Source: a virus
Strand: one strand, 5' to 3'
IMG/VR virus record: IMGVR_UViG_3300046804_004104
Location: 5,761-69,760 of that record
Length of the DNA: 64,000 nt
Made by a program: the position numbers and the translations under genes. The notes beneath the pieces were generated by a model. It was not told the DNA's origin. It worked only from the letters and a program-made list of their open reading frames with translations, and did no database searches. Below, piece by piece: positions 31,801 through 41,900 of this stretch. The stretch's first letter is position 1; each line of letters opens with the position of its first letter.

Positions 31801-32904
31801 GTAGGACTCGGAACTTATACTTTAAGTGGAACTTCTATAACCACCAGAAGAAGATCTTATCAAGGTTCTGGTCTAATTCCACTTTCAGGAACTGCTTTAG
31901 AAGTTTATTCAGCACAAACACCTGAGAATACCCAGCTCTTTAGTTTCTCTGGAACATCTTTAGAAGTTTATTCTGCACAAACTCCAGAGACCGAAGTTCT
32001 TTATATTATTAATGGATCCCTTGTCGAAAGAAAGACAAATTCTTACAATGGTTCTGGGTCAATAGTTGCGACTGGATCTGCAACAACTAGAGTAATTCCC
32101 AACTATCCTGCAAGAGGATCCTTTAGATTTGTAAGACATACTGTAGATAATGTCTATGATACTTGTGATAGTCAAGAGTTAACATGTGATAATCAAGATT
32201 CAGCAAATGTAAGATTTGTTGCGAATCCCGTTGAAAATACCATCCTCTTCAATATTAATGGAATTGCATCTACAAGAGAAATTGCAACATATGCATATAG
32301 TGGAATTGGAACTCATGTAATTTCTGGATCTTATCAAAATATCAAGATTATTCATTCTGAATCTGGAATTGGTTCAATATTTATTACACAGATTTCTTCC
32401 CAAAGTGAAGGAGAAGTATATATTGGATCTGGAAGTCTGTTTACATTATCTGGTAGATCTGAATCTTATTCTGCACAAACTCCAGAATCTACAATTATTC
32501 TTCAAATCTCTGGATCTGCAACAACATCCGTAGAGTTTGAATACTCTACCGTTGGTATCGGACTACTTACACTAAATGGAACTGCAACTACATTAGAGGT
32601 TGCTACATTTACTCAAATTGGATCTGGATCTATAACTCTTTCTGGTCAACTTGTTTATCCAGATATTATCTTTATTCCATCTCCAGATGGTTCCGGAACA
32701 ATTAATATTCTTGGATCTACGAATGATTCTCTTACTAAGGCATACAAAGATACTTCAGGAAGTCTATTTGGATTCTCTTCGGGATTTGAATCATTCTCAA
32801 GATCAAATTATATTGGATTTGGAACAATTTATACAGAACAAATTTCCGCTGGATGTACTAATAACCCCTTCCAGATACCAAGAACTTATGTTGTAATCAT
32901 TTGA
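28888..32904 (+). CDS. repetitive Ser/Thr/Gly-rich virion structural protein (1338 aa)
   Basis: EDYG repeats at the N-terminus, then SAQTPENTQLF, YTPHYGIEKNIGIGTTG and GFSPQESYPWLP repeats; sits among virion genes. Confidence 0.75.
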   Translation: MSNVYVYDSTVTDIYSEEDFGSISSSPSVSEDYQQISAVANNFEDWYAVSVSSSQVPFGSIGNISAGLSNEKTTYSFVSATTNITLSSTLISKVTFTWDGNGTLFEIGSGLERTICSYLTSGTVRLGYSEAGISSANVSRSLDYNESSIVVFTSEDYGVVSGITTISTYYGDLTVNTVTPESGNEDYGNVVDRVTGFSTQTTYPLTRGVALTFASQGSTTYPRIYGSDFVTGTRDSGVGVSTTVQFKNYCNAVGFGSSVTGKYKTVDDYLVVYSANSTGNSFVTYLQSLPDGSHHYVNFDTGVASIWSSKYVLKNSSVLTSFTQLTEQYTYATFNIGGQLGLVFKLPDYVGESTNGDLGNINLNTTPYKFQEITLRPPNLRFFPGLTGLGTVYVVNGFSPQESYPWLPEPGVGRSWSFSRTSYLGNGTLFGLSGAVESFGANPLENTQLFTVSGISSTAEIQVYGINPGNHLYPRPLDVSSGIITVRNTALVHPFVDYTPHYGIEKNIGVGTTGVKLSGTATYKDTDSYVGVGTFSSLSGAAESITKVYDLYDSIIVDLQDWGSITQLPPYNGFDDWGLLSILYDGTEVWGPITGYGSSTTIPFGLFTVSGRAILSFDKGPYTADRPIYTLSGIASTREIAVYGYYGDDRNPGTSGVITLSANLVHPNIDYTPHYGIEENIGIGTTGIQITGISTAVERLIVNPPENTQLFSFSGSYSDLQFSANTPENTQLFTISGSLVEKDVDSYVGVGTLTISGTALEAYSAQTPENTQLFTISGQTLESYSAQTPENTQLFTISGELVHPNIDFTPHYGIEKNIGIGTTGIQIRIGVGYEPDSEGNPRDARTYSNRYPINDKVPGTGIGTITFDQIRDLAKYSPLTPYKGSGLFDIVTGFSPQESYPWLPGPGVGRSWSFTQATHIGSGNISIAGIASTREIAVYGYYGDDRDPGTSGQITISQQTEPSIEKETDSYVGLGTYTLSGTSITTRRRSYQGSGLIPLSGTALEVYSAQTPENTQLFSFSGTSLEVYSAQTPETEVLYIINGSLVERKTNSYNGSGSIVATGSATTRVIPNYPARGSFRFVRHTVDNVYDTCDSQELTCDNQDSANVRFVANPVENTILFNINGIASTREIATYAYSGIGTHVISGSYQNIKIIHSESGIGSIFITQISSQSEGEVYIGSGSLFTLSGRSESYSAQTPESTIILQISGSATTSVEFEYSTVGIGLLTLNGTATTLEVATFTQIGSGSITLSGQLVYPDIIFIPSPDGSGTINILGSTNDSLTKAYKDTSGSLFGFSSGFESFSRSNYIGFGTIYTEQISAGCTNNPFQIPRTYVVII
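30076..32000 (+). repeat. interspersed and tandem coding repeats in the 1338-aa protein
   Basis: About 60-nt near-identical blocks at 30076 and 31564 (GFSPQESYPWLP.PGVGRSWSF); 63-nt period SAQTPENTQLFTISG units near 31150-31285; three TPHYGIE.NIG units. Confidence 0.85.
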
Positions 32905-32914
32905 TTTATTATCT

Positions 32915-32922
32915 GATAAATA
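32915..32922 (+). promoter_or_regulatory. late promoter GATAAATA inside a 7-bp inverted repeat
   Basis: TCTGATA-AATA-TATCAGA (32912-32929), upstream of the tail-fibre ATG. Confidence 0.6.
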
Positions 32923-32959
32923 TATCAGAAGAAATAGTAATTTTGAGTCGTATAGTACT

Positions 32960-35900
32960 ATGACTAAGCAGGTACAACTAAGAAGGGGAACAACTGCAGA
33001 ACATGCAATATTTACAGGGGCAGAAGGCGAACTAACTATTGATACCACTTTAGATATTGCGGTAGTCCATGATGGAACTACTGTTGGAGGTCGCCCTCTA
33101 GTTGGTGCAGCTGCGACACAGACAATAACAAATAAAACTGGTGTTGGAATTGGAACCAGTTCTTTACAAGATCAAAACGAACTTAGAGTCATAGGTGATG
33201 TACGAGTAAAAGGTGATGTTAACTCTAGAAGTCTTACTGTAAGATATGAAGATCCCATTCAGAGATCCGGTATCTTAACAGGAACTTCTTCAAATAAAAT
33301 AATTGGCGTAGCGACTAATAATATTAGAGTTGGATATGCTGTAAGTGGTACATATATTGGTTCAGGTGTATCTGTAACTTCATTAGGAATAGGTACAGTA
33401 TATCTTGCAATAGGAACAAATACTACTAATGTAACAAATGATTTTAGTGGAGTATCAACTGGTAATTTTCTAACAAGTAATGGAACTACAATTATTGGAG
33501 TTAATACTGCTTTAGTTTCTGTAGGATATGGTGTAAGTGGAACAGGAGTTTTGTCCAATACAACTGTAACTGGTATTTCTAGTCTTAATGGTGGTTTGGT
33601 AACTATTTCCCAAGCTTCTACGGGAACTCTTGGTATTACAACAAGAACTGGTACTTCATCTGGTATTGGTACAACATCAATTACTAGCATAACAACAACA
33701 TCTCTTGCACTTGGAGATTATGTTGATTATCCTGGATCGGCGGGCGTTGCAACTATTACTTCAATTGGAGTCAACCAAATTAATGTTTCTGTAGGTCTAG
33801 GTACATCTGGAAGTACATCATTTACTTTCTCAAGAGTTGTAAATTTTGCATTCATTAATCTTGGATTTACAACTGATTTTGCTTTTGTTGATCCTTACAT
33901 GGGCCAAGCAAATATTGATGTTCTTAATGTAAATAATGCCACCATCCAACAATTAAATCTAACACAATTGAATGGTGGAGATTTAAATCTTAATTCCACA
34001 AATACAAATATAGCTAAAATTAACAGTGGTATTATTACAACTGCTTATATTGATGCCGGTAATATTAATGTAGGTATTGCAACGACAATGATCGTTGATA
34101 ATAATTACATGAATGTTGGCATTGCAACAACTATGGTTGTAACTGCGGCTAATTTAGATTTAGCGTATGTTAATGTTGGTATTGGAACTACAGTTGGTAT
34201 TCAGAGCGCAAGACTGGATAATGCGTATATTTCTGTTGGTATTGGAACAACTGTTGGCATTCAAAGTGCAAGATTGGATAATGCTTATACTTCTGTTGGT
34301 TTAGCTACATACTTCAATGTAACTGGATTTACTACAATTGCAAATTATGTTAATGGTGTCTATGATCCAAATAGTAATGTTACTATTGGTGTAGGAAAAC
34401 CATATAATGTTGCAACTGTTGTAGGTACATTAGGGACATCTTATAGTGGAGTTGGAACAAATTTTATAGCGGGAGTTGGAACAGATAGAATTACGGGCAT
34501 TTCTACTAATAAAATCGTAAGATCTATTCAAGCGACTGGAGTTGCTACTGAGTATAGTACTGGAACTTATGTAAGTGTCGCTTCAACTACTAATGGATCT
34601 GGTACTGGTGCAAGATTTAATCTGACTGTTTCTGGTGGAGATATTACAAGTATTAGTGTAGAAAGAGGTGGTTCTGGGTACTTAATTGGAGATAGAATTT
34701 ACTTAAATGCATCAGCTACTGGAATTGGATTAACTCCTCCAACTCTTGGAATAAGTTCAATTAAAGTTATTACTGTTACCGGAGTTTCTACATTAGGTGT
34801 AGGAAACGATATTTCTGGAAATTATGTTCAATATGGTACGGTAATTTCTGGTATAGAAACTGGAGTAGTTCTTTTATCTCAATATACTACAAATACGACA
34901 GTAAGTTCTAATCAATCCTTTGTAAGTGGACCAAAGAGTACTATTAATCTTGATGTTACTGGAAATGCGAGAGTTACTGGTATTCTAACAGTTGGTGTCT
35001 CTTCAATCACACTTGATGGTGGTACTTCTCAAATTACAGGTGTTGATCAAATAAGATCTAGGGAGTTCAGTGCATCTCAAAGGGTTGTTGTAGATTATCC
35101 TATTGTTACAACTTACACTGGTACTCTTGCTTATGCAAGTACAACTATAATCACTGGAGTTGCAACTGCAAATATTCAAGTAGGCTATGCAGTAACAAAT
35201 GATTATTTACTTCCAGGAACTGCTGTTGCAGCAATTGGAAATAGTTCTATTACTATAACTGGTTTTGCACAGAATGTTGCTCCAACACAAACAACATCCG
35301 GTTATATTGAGAGCGTAAACGGAAACAAAATTGCAGGTGTCAATACTTCCAACATATTTGTTGGTTCTGCAGCTACTGGAACTTATATTCCAAATGGAAC
35401 TACAGTTTCAAGTATTGGAATTGGATCAATAACTCTTTCTGCAAATACAACTTCTCCTGTTGGGGAAAAGGTATATCAGGGTACTTTATCAGCAACAGGC
35501 GTAAGTACTATTACTGGTATTGCTACATCAGGAATAGTTGCTGGTGAAAATGTATATGCAGCTAATTATATTTTACCTGGAACTACCGTTGTTTCTGTTG
35601 GAAGTAGTTCAATTACTTTATCACAACCACCTTCACAAGTTGGTGTAGTTACACAAACATATGCATTTAGAAAAATTGATACCTATCAATTTGTTTATGC
35701 TGCGGGGGCTGTTGTAACAGATGCATTCTATTTTGAAGATGCATACTCTGGTATTAGTACAATTCCTAACTTAAAAGGTAGAAACCTTATATTTAGTGGT
35801 ATTGGTAGTTTTGATACTGTTATTGCTGATACAACCATTATTACTTCGGGTCTGATTGTAGAAAATATCAATGTTCCTGGAGTTGGTACAATCGGTGTAC

Positions 35901-38900
35901 TTGAAGCCTCAGTTGGAGTTGTTACTGATATAAGTGGTACTAATATTAGTTATAGTGGAATTGGATCTATTGGAAATGTTAAGATCGGTTATGGAAATAC
36001 GGACTTCCTCGTTACAGGTAATGCAAGAATTACTGGAGTTCTTACCGTAGGACAAGGTAGTGTAACAATTAGTGGTAATAATAACGAAATTGTTGGTGCA
36101 AGTAATCTAAATTCTCGTTCTGGTATTGTTACCTTCTTGGAAGGATCTAACTTAAATTATACTGGCGTTTCAACTCTCAATAAAGTAGGACTGTCAACAT
36201 TATCATTTGTTGGAGTTAATACTCAAACATTACTTCCAAATGATGTTACATTTAAATTATCTCCTGCAGGTATTGCTACTAACTATACTCTAACTCTCCC
36301 ACCCGATCGTGGTAGAGATGGTATGGTTCTTACCGTTGATACCTTTGGTAATCTTGGATTTGCCACTGCAGGTTTATACGAGAATAGAATTTATGTTTCT
36401 GCAGCAAATGGTAGTGATACTTATGACGGTAAGACAAGACCAGTCAAAACTATTAAAAAGGCTGCTCAATTAGCGTCGTTTGAATCATTTGTACTTCCTG
36501 GAGGAAGATATCTTGATGCGGCTAATCTATTAACACTTAATAAATCATTCATTCAAGATGAGGTTGTTGGATTTGTAACCGCAACATATCCAGGAATCAC
36601 CACTTCCGCTGGTTATGCTACCAGTACATGCAGAAGAGATGTTGGATATATTGTTGACGCTCTTGCATATGACCTAACCTATGGTGGTAACTCTAAGTCC
36701 GTTGGTGCCGGTGTTTCTTATTGGTTAGGAGTTGGTGGAACAAGTTATGTAGAAGGAGAAAGAATTGAAACCGCTGATGCTTTCTCACACATCGTAGATA
36801 TTTCTAAGTACATCATCAATAATGTAACGATTGCAGATCCAGGTGGAAGATATGATGATGCTTCTAGATTACTTACTCTAAACAAAAATTACATCGCTGC
36901 AGAAGCAGTAGGATATGTAACTGCAATTTATCCAGGATTACTATCTAATCCAACTTATAGTAGGACTAAGTGTATTAGAGATGTTGGATACATTGTTGAC
37001 GCTCTTGCATATGATGTTAAGTATGGAGGTAACTATAAGTCTGTAGGAGCTGGTGTTTCCTATTGGAGTGGTCTTGGCACAAGTTATGTTACTGGTGAAC
37101 AAGTAGAAACAGTCGCGGCATTTAGATATATCGCAGGAATTTCTAGTTATATTATTAATAACATAACAGTTCCAGTATCATATCAGGTTGGTGTAGGATC
37201 TACCGCACAGGTTAAGGATCTTAGTATTGCTTATGATCCTTTGGCAAATCCTGTTGGATATGCTACTACTGGATGTGCAAATGTTCGTTCAAACATCAAT
37301 AACCTTGTTGGTATTATTACTACTATTGTTGGCCAAGGTGTAAGTTTTGCTCCAGCAATCAATAGACCAGTTGGTTTATACCAAACAGCATCCTTCCAAT
37401 CTTATGATCTAACCATTGCTTATGATGAATCGGTTGGACTATTCTACACATCAACTGCTTGTGCTGATGTCCAATCTTCTATTGCAAGTTTAGTTGGAAT
37501 TATTACCTCAATTGTAGGATTGGGAACCACTGCTGCTCCAACGGTAACCACTCCAACAAGTAAGTCACAACCCGTTGCTATTATTGTAGAGGCTGGAGAA
37601 TACGAAGAAGATAACCCAATTATTCTTTATGAAGATGTTGCAGTTATTGGTGATAACCTCAGAAACACTATTATTCGTCCTCTAAATGCGGGTAAGGATC
37701 TTCTAAGAGTTAGAAATGGTTGTTACCTAACTGGTTTTGCCATGAAGGACTATGCAGATGCTGCAGGTGTTCCTCAGTTTACATTTGATAACGCAGTTGC
37801 ATTTGACGATCCGGAGGATCCTTATGTATCTAGAGCCGGTTATGCTGTAAAGACTGGTAAATCTGTAATTACAAGATCTCCATATATTCAAAACTGTTCC
37901 ATTCTATCTTTCTTAGGTGCGAACGGAATGTTAGTTGATGGTTCTAAGGTACTTTCTCCAAACATTCCAATTATTCCAGAAGAAGCAGAATTAGCTCCAG
38001 ACCAGATTCAACCAGAACAAGGTAAGTCCATGGTTGCTGCGGCCTTTACCATGGTATCCTTTGGTGGTATTGGTTGGCGTGTTATTAACGATGGTTATTC
38101 TCAGGTTGTTTCTTGTTTCCAAATCTTCTGCCGTTATGGATCTCTTGCACAGTCTGGTGGATATCTATCAATTACAAACTCTGCAACTAACTTTGGATAC
38201 TATGCACTTAGAGCTACTGGATTTAATGCAAATTCATTTGTGTTTGACCGTGGTAGAGTTGCTGCTACTGGTACTGCTGGTGGATATCAGACACTTGTAG
38301 CAATTGGTGTTGGTAGAAGTGAACAGGACCTTTATGTTACAAGATTCTTTAATGATTCATTCTCAGATCAAACAGCAAACTTCAAACCACTCGTAGTAAC
38401 AAAAGAGTTTAATGCGGCAACAGATGTTGACATTAATAATAACATATTCAACATTACCGCTCACGGATTTAACAATGCAGATTCGGTAGTATATCTTGGT
38501 GACGAAGGTGTAATTCCCCCAAGAGTCATCGGCGGTCTCGTAAACCAAAACCAATATTATATTCAGGTTATTGATACCAATTCCTTTAAGGTATATGAGG
38601 ACAATAGTTTCACAAGACTAGTAGATCTAACTTCAACAACTACAGGTATCAACACCTTTACTAAGAATAATCAAGAATTCTATGTAAAAGAAATTATCCC
38701 TTCAGGAACACACAATCAATATCAGGCTGTTGGTCTTGCATCAACATCTTCAACAATTAGATTTGTATCTGGAAGACAAGTTACTCAAACAGTAACTGGT
38801 GGTTCTGCTGTAGGTTTTGCACTAACTTATAATTCTTCAACAAGAGTTGTAATACTTTCTGTTGAGGCTATATCTGGAGTAAGAAAGAACTTTGCTGTAA

Positions 38901-41900
38901 CTGGTGGCGCTAATGGAAATATTTCAGATCACAGTCCAGTTCCAGTTTCAATTGCCGCAACATCAGTAACAGGTATCTCAACTTATTGGACAATTAACTT
39001 CAAAGTTGAATCTACAGTAGCTGGAACACAAATTATTGGTATTTCATCTCTACCTGAAACTTATAGAATCCACTTCCACAGACCTTCGATTGTTAACTCG
39101 TCTTCTCATACTTGGGAATACTCTGGTTCTGGTATTGACTATAATGCTCTACCACAAAACGGTGGTAAGACAGTTACAAGTTCTCAACAGGTTTCTGAAC
39201 TTGGTGGCCGCGTTTATACATCAGGTACAAACGAACTTGGAGACTTCTTGATCGGTGATTTCATCACTGCATACAACAGAACTGGTAACATTATCTTCAA
39301 TAATACTGTAACGATTGGTACTCTTGATTCTATTAGACTGTCACTGTCTGGTGGTATTCAAATTGAAGAATTCTCTGCAGATGTTGGATTAGGTGATAAT
39401 GAAATTGGCGGTCCACTGAATAAGAGAGTTTCTACCCAATTAGCTGTAAGATCTTTCTTAAGTAATAGACTTGGTTCCTTCATTGATAAAACAGTTTCTA
39501 CAAATGCTGTTCCATCTGCTGTTGTTCAACTTAACTCCATTGGACAAATTAATGCGGACCTCATTCCACCTAAAGTTGTAAATTACTTTAGAACAATTTA
39601 TGCTGGAGGAAAGACAAGCCTTGCAAATAGAATTCCAGCGTCAAATATCCAAAGTGGTGACACGGTAGTTGAACCAATCAATGCTTATGTTCTTGTAAGC
39701 GATGTTCTCAGTCAGTATATTATTCTTTCAGATTCTGGAACATATAATTTCCAAAACGGAGATACTGTAACAGGTACAGTTTCTCAGGGTGGTGCAATAG
39801 GTTTAGTAACAACGCCACCATACACTACAGGCGGTGCCATTGGATATGGAACAACAGGCCTTGTTAAAGGTGTTGGACTTACTCTAAACACCCTTGCCGG
39901 GGGAAGTGGGTACAGTGTTGCTGGTATTTACAGTGGTGTTCAGGCATTAAGAACCACTGGTATTGGTACAGGAATGTCACTGAATGTTACCGTTAGTGCT
40001 GCAGGAACGGTTTCTGCGGTCGCTATTGAGACTGGTGGTAAGGGATATGCTGTTGGCGATTATGTAACCGTTGCCCCTGCAAATGTCGGTGGTAGAACTG
40101 GTGGATCTGACTTTACAATCAGAATCGGAACAGTTGAAACAAGACTCTACTTAAAACTTACAAATAATCAGAAGTTCCTTGGATCAACTTCACTACCAGA
40201 TTATATCTCCGATAGAAATGCAGTTTCAATTTCAACAAATGTCAGTGTCGCAACAACCGCAACATTTACTGGAACTTCCTATGATGTTGGTGGATCTGTT
40301 GACTTTATTAATGATAGAGTTATTGTTGGCGCATCAAATACTATCTTTACTGATGGAGATGCAGTAAGATACTATTCTACAGGTAATGTTGTTGAACCTC
40401 TCATTTTACTTGATACTTATTATGTCAAGAGAGTTGGACTTACTTCCGTAGAATTGTATGACTCATATGCACTTTCTTCTAAGGTCAATTTAACAGCTAG
40501 TGGTACTGGATCTCATACTTTAACTAGACTTGGAATTAATACCACTACAGATCAAATTTGTTTCGTAAATCACGGATTTACTCAAGGCGATCCAGTTAAG
40601 ATTACTGTTGGAAACGGAAATGTAACTCCTATTGGAATTACTACCGATGGATTCTACTTTATCGGATCCAGAACAACCAACACATTTACTTTACACCTAA
40701 CAAGATCTGATGCTTTACTTTCCGCTAATGGTCTTCTCTATAATACGGTAGATATTACTGGTGTAGGAACCGCAGGAATTGTATCATTCACAAAACAAAA
40801 TATTACATATACTTCTACAGTTAATACTTCATCTACAGATGAAACTAACTGGGCACTACTTGCAACAAGTACCGTAGATGCGGCAAACATCGTAAGTGGT
40901 ACAGTTTCACCATCTAGACTTGGTAGTGGTAGTGCAAACAGCCAAACATTCTTGAGAGGAGATTCTTCTTATCAAAAGGTTGTAATGTCCGTTGGTATTG
41001 GTACGACTCAACCAATTGGCGTAACTGCAACCAGTACAGATTTTGCTCCCAATGGAGTTGGAATTAATACTTATTATGGTAATGTAAGACTTACTTTAAA
41101 TAGAGTTTATCCATCACTAGATGTATATTCTACACTTGGTATTGCTGCGTTCAAGAACTCTACATTTGGTATTTCTACAACAGGTAGTGGTGAAGTTTAC
41201 ATCAAGACAACCTCTCAGGGTGGTGATGTTGATGCAGCAACCTTTAATGGAAACGCTGCTTCTTATTACTTAGATATCAATAATATTATAGGTAATATTC
41301 CTATCACCAGAGGTGGTACTGGATTACAAGCTCTGCCATCTTCAGGTGCGATTCTAATCGGTAATGGTTCTTCTTATAACTTAACTGCAACTCCAACATT
41401 TACAGGTTCAATTACATTTGCTGGAATTAGTAATGCGATTGCAATGCCAGCAAATAGTGATATTACATTTACTACGGGCCCAACTTGGACCGGAGAAAAG
41501 GCCGCCAAGATTCAGTATTATAATAGTTCTTTATACTTACAGTATACCACCAGTGGTATTTGGAGAAACTCTTCTGGAAGTAATACATTTACTATCGATT
41601 CTTCTGGCAATACTACGGTTATTGGAACCCTACAGGGAACTAGATTAATTTCCACAATTGCTACTGGAACTGCACCACTCACAGTAACTTCAACGACTCG
41701 TGTTGATAATCTTAATGTTCAGTACCTAAGTGGACTTCCACTGAATACAAGTGGTCGTGCAAATAATGCAAATGAAGTTGTAAGAACTGATGGTAGTGGT
41801 TACATTCAGGCTGGTTGGATTAATACCACCTCTGGTGATCTTGGAGTTGGAAATCTTTTAGATCGTGTATATTGTTCAAACGATGGTTATGTAAGATATC

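Noticed and set aside
30076-34300. CRISPR-like array from the 60-63-nt periodic repeats
   Set aside because: Repeats are in frame, vary at synonymous positions and have no unique spacers; they are protein repeats.
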